Shown in pieces: positions 36,101-48,794 of a stretch of DNA of 64,000 nt. The stretch comes from Mobula hypostoma (lineage: Eukaryota). A program made the position numbers and the translations under genes. The notes under the pieces were generated by a model. It had not been told where the DNA came from. It saw only the letters and a list, made by a program, of their open reading frames with translations, and searched no databases. Location: assembly GCF_963921235.1 (NCBI RefSeq), contig NC_086108.1:33482001-33546000 (forward strand). Direction: 5' to 3'. The first letter of the stretch is position 1, and each line of letters opens with the position of its first letter.

Positions 36101-39100
36101 ATGCAGGTACAGCAGGCGGTGAAAAAGGCAAATTGTATGCTGGCATTTATAGCGAGAGGATTCGAGTACAGGAGCAGGGAGGTACCACTGCAGTTGTACA
36201 AGGCCTTGGTGAGACCACACCTGGAGTATTGTGTGCAGTTTTGGTCCCCTAATCTGAGGAAAGACATCCTTGCCATAGAGGGAGTACAAAGAAGGTTCAC
36301 CAGATTGATTCCTGGGATGGCAGGACTTTCATATGAAGAAAGACTGGATGAACTGGGCTTGTACTCGTTGGAATTTAGAAGATTGAGGGGGGATCTGATT
36401 GAAACGTATAAAATCCTAAAGGGATTGAACAGGCTAGATGCAGGAAGATTGTTCCCGATGTTGGGGAAGTCCAGAACGAGGGGTCACAGTTTGAGGATAA
36501 AGGGGAAGCCTTTTAGGACCGAGATTAGGAACAACTTCTTCACACAGAGAGTGGTGAATCGGTGGAATTCTGTGCCACAGGAAACAGTTGAGGCCAGTTC
36601 ATTGGCTATATTTAAGAGGGAGTTGGATATGGCCCTTGTGGCTACGGGGATCAGGGGGTATGGAGGGAAGGCTGGTGCAGAGTTCTGAGTTGGATGATCA
36701 GCCATGATCATAATAAATGGCTGTGCAGGCTTGAAGGGCCGAATGGCCTACTCCTGCACCTATTTTCTATGTTTCTATGTTTCTATGAGGAGAGCGGAGA
36801 TGCACAGAGCTATCATAGAGCATTATGTATCTAAAGGTGTGTTTCCCCAAGGGGAGCTGGAGGTGGTATCTATGGGCAAACTGGTGGAGAAGCAGTACAG
36901 CTGCAGATGGAAAAATTGAGACTCGAGCACGAGTTCTGGGTAAACAGCTGGAACAAGAAGAGAGGGACAGGCAGTTAGAACGAGAAGCTAGAGAGAAACA
37001 GATGGAAAGGGAATTTGAGCTGGAGAAGTTAAGGATGAGGCTAGCGCAGGGTCCCATGCCGAACCAAGGTGGAGGGTTCAGGGCGACTCAGGAGGTTATG
37101 CTGGTTCCCCCATTTGAGGAGGCCGATGTTGATCGGTACTTTCTACATTTTGAAAAAGTCGCTGCAAGTCAGGACTGGCCGAGGGATAAGTGGGCTGTTT
37201 TGCTTCAGAGTGTATTTAAAGGAAAAGCCCTGCAAGCTTACTCAGCATTGTCCGCAGAAGATGCCCAGAGGTATGATGTGGTGAAAGAGGCGATACTTAG
37301 GAATTATGAGTTGGTCCCGGAGGCATACCGGCAGAGGTTCTGGAATGCGAGGAAGCAGTGGGGCCGCACGTATTTAGAGTTTGCCCATGAGATGCAGATG
37401 TATTGTGAGCGTTGGTGCGCCTGGAAAGGAGTCAATGGGGATTATGACAGACTGCTGCAGCTAGTACTGATTGAGCAGTTTAAAAGTTGTGTCCCTGAAG
37501 GTATGAGGCCCTATCTAGATGAGTAAGAGGCAGAAACCTTAGACGCAACTGCTAAGTTAGCGGATGAATACGTGTTAACGCACAAAGTGAAGTTTACCTC
37601 GAGTAAAAGATACCAGAAGGGTAGTCAAGAGGGCGAAGATAGTCCGCCGGAAAAGCCAGAAAGTAAGCCAGGCACTAGTGAGAAGGATAAGGAAGACCGG
37701 GAGCAGTTTAGTAGGAAGTCTCCTGGGGTCGTATGCTATAATTGTGGGAAAGCCGGTCACTTTGCATCCAGGTGCTTTGCCCCAAAGAAGGAGACGAGGA
37801 AAGGAAAAACGATGGTTCCGACTGGCTGTATTGAGCTGGAAAACAAACTGCTAGGGGAGAAGAGGTCTGATAAAGTTCAGGAAGGGCGCGAGGTTTATCT
37901 CGGCCGGATTGGTGTCAGTGAAGGAGGGGTTAAACCTGGTTCCAGTACGGATCTGGAGAGACACTGGAGCTTGTCAGTCACTGATCTTAAGGAGTGTGTT
38001 AGACTTTAGTTCAGAGACCGAGACTGGGGAGGTCAGTGTGATAAAAGGCATTGGGAAAGGGACTGAAGCAGGTCCTTTGCACCAGATACACCTAAAAAGC
38101 GACTTGGTCTCCGGACCAGTCATGATCGAGGTGAGGCCCGAACTACCGATGGAAAACGTGGAGGTCTTGCTCGGTAATGACCTCGCCGGCGGAGAGGTGT
38201 ACCCAGCAGTAAGATTGACAAGCCAGCCTGCCAGGACTGAGGACCCGTCCATGGACTCACAGGTTTATCCCGTTTGCGCAGTGATTCGGCGCATGTCCCG
38301 GAAGGCTGCCGAAGCAAATATAGATTTAGCTGAGATGTTTTTACCAGCCTTGTACCAGGAGGGGTTAGAAAGTGAAAAGAAGGAGCATAGTAAAATGGAA
38401 GGAAGTAAGGGAGTTGAGTTAGACTTATCATTAGCAAGGAAGGAATTTATACAGGCACAGGAGCGAGAGGAGGAGCTAATGGTTTTGACGGAGGCAGCCC
38501 TCTCCAAAGCAGAATTAAAGAGGGAGCCAGTGGGCTATTATGTGAAGGAGGGAGTACTAATGAGGAAATGGAGACCACGTACCATGCCCGCAGATGGGGA
38601 ATGGGGGGTGGTGCACCAGGTGGTAGTGCCAAAAATTTATGGGGATGAGATTTTTAAGCTGGCCCACAAGATACCCCTCGGTGGACATTTTGGGGTGAGG
38701 AAAACAGTCGGTAGAATCATGAAAGAGTTTTATTGGCCGCACAGGAGGAAGGATGCTATTGACTATTATAGACGTGAGCCGACACAGTTACAGACTCTTG
38801 ATATGCTAACAGCTTGCCACAATAAGAGAGCAGACCTAGTCGGTGTTATCACGAAAATTAATGAGGCTAGGGTGCCACCTGATAAGGGGAAAACCCATTT
38901 TGAACAGTTAAGTATGGTGCCGACCAGATGGGAGAACTCTATTGTTTTGGCCAGCTTTGCTGATAAGGTCTCTCCCTTAACCCCCGAACAGAGCGAGCCG
39001 CTGAGAAAGCTAATTAACCGGCACGCACACGTATCTCCGGATGTCCCGAGGCGATGCAAAGAGCCGGTACATGGTGGTGTTGTCACATCAGGTCAGCCTA

Positions 39101-39957
39101 GTAAGCAACACCCCCACAGGATGATTAATTCAGTGACAAAAGGGCTAAAGAATGCAGAAGCGTATATTGACAATTTAGTGGTCTGGGGTGACACGTGGGA
39201 GGAGCACATTGTGGAACTGTTTAAATGGCTGTTTGAAGCCAACCTGACAGTGAACCTTGCAAAAAGTGAATTCGGCCACACGAAGGTCACTTATATGAGA
39301 TTTGTGGTAGGACAGGGGCAGCTAGCTCTGATGCAGGCTAAGGTGCGGGCTATCTCTGAAGTCCCCACCCTGACAGACAAGAGAGCCCTGAGAAGATTCT
39401 TGGGGATGTTGGAGTACTGTCGGAAGTTTTGCAAAAACTTTGTGGATATTACTCTCCCTCTCACTAAGCTCTTGCCAAAGAATGCGAAGTTTGTGTGGAA
39501 CGACCTTTGTCAACAAGCCTTCGAGAGTCTGAAGGCGATTCTGTGTCACGATCCTGTGCTGAATGCGCCTGACTTTTCAAAACCCTTCTCCCTAGCAACA
39601 GATGCTAGCGACGAAGCAGCCAGGGCGGTGCTGTTGCAGACAGAGAAAGAGGGGGTTGACCACCCAGTGGCTTATTTCTCTAAGAAATTTAATATCCATC
39701 AGAGAAATTATTCCACTGTGGAAAAGGAGTTACTGGCCATCATACTAGCATTACAACATTTTGAGGTTTATATTTGTCCGGCACGGAAACCACTGGTAAT
39801 TTACACTGACCACAACCCATTAGTGTTTTTGGCCACTATGAAGGATAAGAACAAAAGGTTGCTAAGTTGGAGCCTGGTCTTACAGGAATTTGATATTAAA
39901 ATAAAACATATAAAAGGAATGGAAAATGTGATTGCTGACTGTCTGTCAAGGGGTTGA
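33128..39957 (+). mobile_element. Gmr1-type Gypsy internal region: gag (SCAN-like capsid, CCHC knuckle) and deleted pol (PR, partial IN, partial RT, RNase H)
   Basis: gag ATG at 33128 (MEIEEFLKAPTLE..) resumes after the CR1 at 36788. Motifs: YELVPEAYRQRF..LIEQF, CYNCGKAGHFASRC, protease RDTGA, IN HH motif LAHKIPLGGHFG upstream of RT YIDN, and RNase H TDAS/EKE/TDH/ADCLSR. Stop at 37524 and frameshifts near 36890 and 37890. No 3' LTR seen. Confidence 0.93.
33245..36787 (+). mobile_element. Young 5'-truncated CR1 LINE inserted in gag
   Basis: ORF1 SGNH-esterase part (VVHIGTND..DGLHLN), APE (NARSI..GITETWL..GDFN..SDH), RT (GVPQGSVLGP, FADD), and a (tttctatg)n tail. Confidence 0.97.
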
Positions 39958-40089
39958 CAACTTAAAGTTCTCTGTATTAGCCGAATAGCTGATGACCCTG
40001 TATATTAGTGTGTATCTAATCCTGACATTTTGACATGAGTCAAACATAAATTTGGTATATTGAACCACTCCTTTTTTACTTTGCAACAA

Positions 40090-41690
40090 TCATGTTGAAG
40101 ATGACAAAGTCCCACGTGAGAGGCTGGTCAAGATGGTTCATTCACTTGGCATTCAGGATGCGGTAGTAAATTGGATTCAACATTGGTTTAGCGGGAAAAG
40201 CCAGACGGTGGTTATAGATGGTTGCCTCTCTGACTGGAGGCCTTTGACCAGAGATATGCCACAAGGATCGATGCTGGGTTCATTGTTATAGATCGTTATT
40301 TATATCAACAATCTGGATGATAACGTGGTAAACTGGATCAGCAAATTTGCAGATGATGCTGAGGTTGGGGGTATAGTGGACAGCAGGTAGGTTATCAAAG
40401 CTTGCAGCAGGATCTGGACTAGCTGGAAAAATGGGAGGTAAAATGGCAGATGGAATTTAATGTAGACAGGTGTGAGTTGTTGCATCTTGACAAAACAACA
40501 TCAGAATAGGACTTACAAAGTGAATAGTACAGTAATGAGGAGTGCGGTAGAACAGATCGATATGGGAATACAGATTCCTAATTCCTTATAAATGGCATCA
40601 CAAGTAGATAGTGTCATAAAGACTATTGCCTGTTGCCGGGGCCAGGGTCGAAGCGCTCGGCAGAGATGGTGCTCGGTGCTCGGTGTCGGAGGGCTGGTTG
40701 GAGGCTCGAAGTTTTCGGACGGACTCGAGTCGGCTGTGGTTGGGTGCTTCCAGGGTGCTGCATCGGCAAGTTTGCGGCGCTGGAGGTTCATGGCAGGAAG
40801 AGAGTTTCTCTTCCTTCTTCCGTTTGCGTGAGATGATAGGACTTTCAAGAGACTTTGAGACTTTTTTTTACCGTGCCCATGGTTTGTTCTTTTTCAAATT
40901 ACAGTATTGCTTTGCACTGTTGTAACTATATGTTATAATTATGTGGTTTTTGTCAGTTTCTTTAGTCTTGGTTTGTCTTGTGTTTCTGTGATATCATTCT
41001 GGAGGAACGTTGTATCATTTCTTAATGCATGCATTACTAAATGACAATAAAAGAGGACTGCGTGTCCTCATAATCTAATCTTAAAAAAAGAGAACTTTTG
41101 GCACATTGGCCTTCATAAATCAAAAGTATTGAGTACAGGAGTTGGGATGCTATGTTGAAGTTGTATAAAGTGTTGGTGAGGCCTAATTTGGAGTATTATG
41201 TGCACTCTGGTCACCTACCTACAGGAAAGATAGCAATACAATTGAAAGAATAGAGAGACAATTTACAAGGATGTTGCCAGCTCTTGAGGTCCTGTGTTAT
41301 AGGGAAAGGTTGAATAGATGAGGACTTCATTCCCTGGAGTGTAGGAGAATGAGGGGAGATTTGATAGACGTATATAAAATGACGAGGGGGTATAGATATG
41401 GTAAATGAAAGCAGACTTTTTTACACCCTAGAACAGAGGTCATGGGTTAAGAGTGAAAGGTGAAATGCTTAAGGGGAATTTCTTCAGTCAGAGTATGGTG
41501 AAAGTGTGGAACAAGCTGCCAGTGGAAGTGGTGGATACGGGTTTAATTTCAATACTAAGGAGAAGTTTGGATTAGTACATGGATAGGAAGGGTATGGAGG
41601 TCTATTGTCTAGGAGTAAGTCGATGGGCCAAGACAGAATAATAGTTCGGCATGGACTAAGTGAGATGAAGGGCCCTATGACTCTAATCCA
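40090..41690 (+). mobile_element. CR1 LINE 3' part, interrupted by a SINE-like element
   Basis: Decayed RT motifs (SKFADD, KWQMEFN, LYKVLVRPNLEY) on both sides of 40625-41081. Confidence 0.85.
40625..41081 (+). mobile_element. Non-autonomous retroposon with GC-rich body, 3' stem-loop and (TAATC)n tail
   Basis: AATAAA at 41046, hairpin GAGGAC-tgcgt-GTCCTC at 41053-41069, then taatctaatct. A second copy lies at ~45118-45354. Confidence 0.8.
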
Positions 41691-42656
41691 GAATACATGT
41701 AAAAACTATGTCAAAAATTTTTGTTTATCATTCACAAATATTATTCAAATTCATCTTAATAATAGGTCAACGTTAAAATATGTTGTCTAATCTCAAGGTG
41801 AGATCATGCACTGGTTGATGGTCCTTTGAAAGTGCTGGAGTGGAGGTAAACCAACTATTGCATAGAGCAATAAACACAAGTCAAATTCCCCACACAAAAA
41901 CATTTCAAGCACTGGCTAAAGCCTTCACTAGAGCATATGAGTTTTGACAAGGGCAGCACAGGTATTATAGTGATGGGGGTGCGGAAACTGCCACTGCATT
42001 GCTGCTCCTAGACTGGGGGATAACTAATCAGCACTGAGGAGTTGCTATCGAAACAGATTAGTCAGCTCACTGAAATGTGGGAGATTTGAACTACTCAATC
42101 TATCTGCTACCATGGTGACCTGCTAGTAATATGAGTGATTTTATATATTTGGTCTTGTCTAATCCTTGACACTAGTAGGTTTTGCTTGGCTTACTTCAAA
42201 AAGTTTCTGTCCCAATCACACACATTAGAAAACACAGTATCTGCATATTTGAACCTTTTCTCATCAGGAGATTAGTAGTGGGGTCATTCACTATTTGTAG
42301 TGTAGCCTTTAGTGTGGTCTACAAGACCTCAGATAGGAAAAGTCCACATTCACATGCAGCAGGTACTGGACAATATTTAGCCATGAGGCGATGAGTAGCA
42401 AATGACTCACAAATGCCAAGCAATAGTCAGTATTAAAGAAAGCCATGTAATACTATTGTCCAAAGGCATCAAGAATCTCCTGTTGGGACAGAATGCTCCT
42501 GTTGTTTTTAATGATATGTCACTGGGAGAGAGTTTGCAGTTTGTGTACATACCCAGTTACTTCCCTAGTATGAAGAGTTCTTTTTTACCCCAAAACTTTT
42601 GCTAAAACTTATTTCTGTCTTGCTGAACACTAAAACTGCTCTAAACCAACAGTATT

Positions 42657-42851
42657 AAGCAACATACATCAAAGTTGCTGGTGAACGTAGCAGACCAAGC
42701 AGCATCTCTAGGAAGAGGTGCAGTCGACGTTTCAGGCCGAGACCCGTCGACTGCACCTCTTCCTAGAGATGCTGCTTGGCCTGCTGCGTTCACCAGCAAC
42801 TTTGACGTATGTTGCTTGAATTTCCAGCATCTGCAGAATTCCTGTTGTTTG
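42657..42851. mobile_element. Fold-back PLE terminal insertion
   Basis: 73-bp inverted arms at 42657-42729 and 42745-42817, matching the PLE terminal repeat at 10820-10940. Flanked by agtatt(aa) at 42651 and 42852. Confidence 0.9.
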
Positions 42852-43339
42852 AGTATTAAACAACATTTTGAAATATTCTTTTCACTTCATTTGCTTTTAA
42901 ACAACTTTTGCTTTATTCCCAAGAGATAATGTGGTGAAGTTTGTTTCCCACAGCTCCCAATGAGGGAGTCCCAACATTTCTTTGTTACTTTTATGAAAAA
43001 ATCATTTAGATCTTCTTTAAGGTATGTTTAGAATATTTATCCCCCAAGTGAAACAGCTTGATGTTTGATGCCTCATTCAAAGTTTAAAGGTGAATATGAT
43101 TCAGGATTTTCACAATTAGGGTTATTTTTTCTCTCAAAGAGGGTGAGTGGCGTAGCTAGCATTATGGGTAGGGGCATTGTGCATAGGGCTGATAATTTTA
43201 TAACATGCTCAAAATTGATGTAAAATACTGTGGAAGCTCAAGTTGTCCAATCATATTTTGCACACTAGTAGTGTCAGTAATTGTTTGGGTTAGTTTTAGA
43301 GACAGCAGAAATAAAGTCAAGTCAAGTTTGTTGTCATTT

Positions 43340-43650
43340 AACTATGATCAGGGATTAAGGGAGCTAGGGCTTTACTCTCTGGAGAGAAGGTGAGAGCATT
43401 CTGTGCAGGAGTGGGAAATTCAAGGGGGATATTAGAGGAAGGTTTTTTACTCAGAGAGTGGTTGGTGTGTGGAATGCACTGCCTGAGTCAGTGGTGGAGG
43501 CAGATACACTAGTGAAATTTAAGAGACTGCTGGACAGGTATATGGAGGAATTTAAGGTGGGGGAGTTATATGGGAGGCAGGGTTTAAGGGTCGGCACAAC
43601 ATTGTGAGCCGAAGGGCCTGTACTGTGCTGTACCATTCTGTTCTATGTTC
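43340..43650 (+). mobile_element. CR1 3' fragment with internal deletion
   Basis: Nearly identical in parts to 53427-53840. Confidence 0.85.
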
Positions 43651-44249
43651 TCAAGTTTGAGAAGCTAAAGGCATAACAAGTGCAGGCAGAATGGTAGTTC
43701 AGGCAGTGGAATGCTCCTCTACTGAGGTGTGGAACTTTGTACCAAACTGTCTCCACGATAACTACATCTGCAGGAAGTGGAAGTGCACCTGGGTTCAACT
43801 CCTGACTGACAAGGTCGGTGCAAACAGGGCCTCCCAGGAGGAACTCTCTGGAATACTCCTGGTGCCATGTGCTAGTCAGCACAGGAATAGGATGATAGTA
43901 CAGATGAAGTGGTGTAAGGGGCAGAGTTTCAGATTTTTGGATCATTGGGATCTCTTCTAGGGAAGGTAGGACCTATACAAAAAGGGCGTGTTACACCCGA
44001 ACCCAAGATGTAATATCCATATGAGCAAGTTTAGTAGAGCTGTTGGAGAGAGTTTAAATTATTTTGGCTGGGAAGTGGGAACCAGGGTGACACAACGAGG
44101 ATGGGGAAGTTGGTATACAGGTTGATACGGTGTGCAGTGGAAATGTGAGGGTGGACAGGCAGATGATTGCAGTCAGTGGGATGAGATGAAGTGTAACATG
44201 GGGCAAAATACAAAATCAAAAAGGATGATGAATATAGAAATAAAGGTGT

Positions 44250-44975
44250 TATCAGAATCAGGTTTAATATCACCAGCACATGTTATCTTTGTGGCAGCAG
44301 TACAATGTAATACATGATAATAGAGGGAAAAAGAAAACTGAAATATAGTGACTATATCAGTTAAGTTAGCAGTACAAAACTAGAAAATTAAAAAAAAAAG
44401 TAGTGAGGTAGTGTTCATAGGTTAACTGTTCATTCAGAAATCAGTTGGTAGAAGGGAAGAAGCTGTTCCTGAATCATTGAATGTATACCTTCAGGCTTCT
44501 GTACCTCTTCCCTGATGGTCACAATAAGAAGAGGGCATGTCCTAGGTGATGGGGGTTCTTAATGATGGATGCAGGCATTCTGAGGCACCGCTCCATGAAG
44601 ATGTCCTGGATACAATGGAGGCTAGTGCCCATGACGGAGCTGACTAAGTTTACAACTCTCTGCAGCTTACTTTGGTCCTGTGCAGTAGCCCTCCACCATA
44701 CAAAATGACGACGCAGCCAGTTAGAGTGCTCTCAACGATACGTCTGTAGAAATTTGTGAGTTGTTTTGATGACATACCAAAACTCCTCAAATTTCTAATG
44801 AAATATAGCCACTGCCTTGCCTTCTTTATAGCTGCATTGATTTGTTGGGTCCAGGTTAGGTTAGGTCCTCAAATATTGACATCCAGGAATTAGAAATTGT
44901 TCGCTCTCTCCACTTCTGATCTCTGTATGAGGTCTGGTGTATGTTCCCTTATCTTACTCTTTCTGAAGTCCCCAG
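44250..44975 (-). mobile_element. Rex1/Babar-type LINE 3' fragment
   Basis: Reverse-complement homology to 7005-7790, including the tail. Confidence 0.85.
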
Positions 44976-45117
44976 TTTATCTGAATGTACGCTGTGTACA
45001 GAATAAGGCAGATGATCTTGTAGTGTAGTTAGAGATTGGCAGGTATGATGTTGTGGGCATCATGTAGTCATGGCTGAAAGAAGGTCATAGTTGGGAGGTT
45101 AACATTCAAGGAATGGA

Positions 45118-45354
45118 TTTTTTTTCCCGTGCCCATGGTCTGTTATTTATCAAATTATGGTATTGCTTTCCACTGTTGAAACTATATGTTGTAATTATGT
45201 GGTTTTTCTCAGTTTTTCAGTCTTGGTCTGTCTTGTGTTTCTGTGAAATCATTCTGGAGGAATATTGTATCATTTCTTAATGCATGCATTACTAAATGAC
45301 AATAAAAGAGGACTGCGTGTCCTCATAATCTAATCTAATCTAATCTAATCTAAT
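45118..45354 (+). mobile_element. Second, 5'-truncated copy of the (TAATC)n-tailed retroposon
   Basis: Colinear with 40860-41081, with an identical 3' hairpin and a longer taatc tail. Confidence 0.85.
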
Positions 45355-48300
45355 ACACCTTTTATCAAAAGGGCAGGCAGAGGGATGGGGTGGCTGTGCT
45401 GGGAAAAAATGAAATCTTTGTGGGTGCAGTTAAGAAACTGCAAGGGAAAAAAGATCCTGGTGGAAGTTGTATAAAGATCCCTTGTATAGTAGCCAGGACG
45501 TGGGATATAAGTTTCAATGGGAAATAGGAAAGGCATGCAATAAAGGCAATGTTACAATGGTCTTCGGGGATTTCAATTTGCAGGTAGATTTGGAAAATCA
45601 GGTTGGTGCTGGATCCCAAGAGAGGGAATTTGTAGAATGTCTAGGAGATGGTTTGTTAGAATGGCCTGTGGTTGACCCCACTAGGGAAAAGACAATTCTG
45701 GATTGGGTACTATGCAAAGAAACAGATTTGATCACAGATCTAAAAGTAAAGGGACCCCTAGGAGGGAGTGATCATAATATGATAGAATTCACCCTGCAGG
45801 TTGAGAGGGAGAAGATAAAGTTAGATGCGCGGGAAGCGCAGAATCAAATATCGCAATGATGATTGTACGTTCTAGTATCAATTGTTTGGCCACAATGAAG
45901 TATAAAGTATAAAGTGTTACAGTGGAGTAAAGGGAATTACAGACACATGGGAGAAGAGAAGTTGATCGGAGGGGACAATAGCAGGCATGACAGCAGAACA
46001 ACAACAGCTGAAATTTCTGGGAGCAGTTCAGAAAGGTGCAGGATAGATACATCCCAAAGAAGGAGTATTCCAAAAGCAGGATGACAAACCGTGGTTGACA
46101 AGGGAAGTCAAAGCCAACATAAAAGAAAACAGGGCATATAATATAGCAAAAATTAGTGGGAAGTTAGAGGATTGGGAAGCTTTTAAAAACCATCAGAAGG
46201 CAACTAAAAAACATGAGAGAAAAGATTAAATGTGATGGTAAACTAGCCAATAATATAAAAGAGGATGCCAAAAGATTTATTCAGATATAAAGTGTAAAAG
46301 AGAGTCAAGAGTGGATATTAGACTGTTGGATAATGAAGCTGGGGAGGTAGAACTGGGCGACAAAGAATTGGTGAACGAACTTAATAAATATTTTGTGCCA
46401 GTCTGCATTGTGGAAGACACAAGCTGTATGCCAAAAATTCGAGAGTGTCAGGGGCAGGAGTGAGTCCAGTTGCTATTCAGAAGGAGAAGGTGCTTGAGAA
46501 GCTGAACAGCCTCAAGGTAGATAAGTCAATCTGGATTAGATGTTCTATTCCCCAAGGTTCGCAAAGAGGTAGCTGAAGATATTGTAATGATTTTTAAAGA
46601 GTCACTAGATCCTGGAATAGTTCTGGAGGACTGTAAAATTGTAAATGTCACTCTACTCTTTAAGAAACATAGAAACATAGAAAATCTACAGCACAATATA
46701 GGCACTTCGGCCCACAAAGCTGTGTCGAACATGTCCTTACCTTAGAACTACCTAGGCTTACCCATAGCCCTCTATTTTTCTAAGCTCCATGTAGCCGTCC
46801 AGGAGTCTCTTAAAAGACTCTATCGTTTCCGCCTCCACCACCGCCGGCAGCCCATTCCACACGCTCCCCTTAAGAAGGGAGGGAGGCAGAAGAAAGGAAA
46901 TTATAGGCCAGTTAGCCTGACTTCAGTGGTTGGGAAGATGTTGGAGTCCATTATTAAGGATGAAATTTCATGGTACTTGGAGGTGTTGATAAAGTAGGCC
47001 AAAGTCAGCATGGTTTTCTTAAGGGGAAATCTTACCTGACAAATCTCTTGGAATTCTTTGAAGATCAAACAAGCTGGATAGACAAAGGAGACTTGGTGGA
47101 TGTTGTGTACTTGGATTTTCAGAAGGCCTTTGACAGGATGCCACACATGAGGCTGCTTAACAAGTTAGAGTCCATGGTATTATAGGAAAGACCCTAGCAT
47201 GGATTAAGCAGTGGCTGGTTGGCAGGAGGCAAAGAGTGGGAAAAAACGGAGCCTTTTCAGATTGGCTGTTGGTAACCACTTGTATTCCACAGGGTCTGTG
47301 TTGGGAACACTTCTCTTTATGTTATATGTCAATGATTTGGATGATGGAATTGATGGCTTTGGGACCAAGTTTTGTTAATGATATGAAAGAAGATGGAGGG
47401 GCTGGTAAGTTTGAGAAGTAAGAGCTGCGGAAGGACTTAGATAGATTAGGAGAATAGGCAAAGAAGTGGCAGATGGAATGCAGTGTCAGAAGTGTATTTT
47501 CATCCATATTGGTAGAAGAAACAAAAGTGTAGTCTATTTTCTAAATGGAGAGAAAATTCAAAAATCTGAGGTGCAAAGGGACTTGGGAGTCCTCGTGCAG
47601 GATTCCCTAATGATTCATTTGAAGGTTGATTCTGTGGTGAGGAAGGCAAATGAAATGTTAGCATTCATTTTGAGAGAACTGGAATTTAAAACCAAGGATG
47701 TAATTTTGAGGATTTATAAGGCACTGGTAGGGCCTCACTTGGAGTATTGTGAGCAGTTTTGGGCCTCTTATGTAAGAAAAGATGTGTCAACATTGGAGAG
47801 AGTTCAGAAGAGGTTAACAAGCATGATTCTGGAAATGAAAGGATTACCATAGGAAGACAAATTGCTGGCTCTTGCCTGTACTCTCTGGAGTTTAGAAGAA
47901 TGAAGGGGGATCTCATTGAAGCCTTTCAAATGTCGAAAGGCTCTGATAAAGTGGATGTGGAGAGGCTGTTTCCTGTGTTTGGTGGGGGGAAGTCTAGGAC
48001 CAGGGGGTACAGCCTCAGAATAGAGGGATGTCCTTTTAGAATGGAGATGGGGAATTTCTTTAGCCAGAGAGTGGCGAATCTATGGAATTCGTTGCTACAG
48101 GCTGCTGTGGAGGCCAAGTCATTGGGTATATTTAAGGCATGGTTAATCGATTTTTGTTTAGTCAGGGCATGAAGGGAGAAGGCAGGAGATTGGTACTGAA
48201 AGGGAAATGGAACAGTCTGATGAAATTGTGGAGCAGACTTGATGGGCCAAATGGCCTAATTCTTCTCCTATATCCTATGGTCTTGTTGTCTTAAATCAGC

Positions 48301-48794
48301 CATGATGGAATGGCGGAGCAGACTTGAATGGCCAAGTGGCCTAATGCTGCTTCCGTGTCTCCTGGTCTTATGTCTTTGGGATGTGGGAAGAAGTTGGAAA
48401 GCTTGGATCAGGCAGGAGTCTGATCACAAGGAAAATGTGTGAAATCTGGGCAAGATGTGCAGCACACATGTGGCATCAGCTGGCAGAATTGCAGTCAGGT
48501 AGCTGAATGTGTGAAGCTGTGCCACCATTGCACCATTTCTGTAAGAATTAGAAAGTCTTTCTATGGTCAGAATCCATGGCCTGCATCCATCTGTGAGCTG
48601 CCCAAGCTCACTAGTTGCCTTTGGAAGTGTATAAAATCCTGAAGGGTCTTGATAGCCCAGATATGGAGAAGATCTCCACTTGAGAGAACAAGGGACAGGG
48701 GAAGAGGAGACGACACTGAAAATGAAGGATTGCCATTGAGGACAGAGTTGAGATTTTTTCCCTCTCCCAGAGGACCATGAGGCACTTTATCAAG

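Larger units (their letters stand above)
43660..48372 (+). mobile_element. Near full-length decayed CR1 LINE with several nested insertions
   Basis: ORF1 remnants (YICRKW.., FRFLDHWDLF), APE (GDFN..SDHNMIEF) and RT ORFs 46970-48172. Nested inserts: Rex at 44250-44975, retroposon at 45118-45354, a short tail at 45826-45915, and an antisense CR1 end at 46665-46868. Confidence 0.88.
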
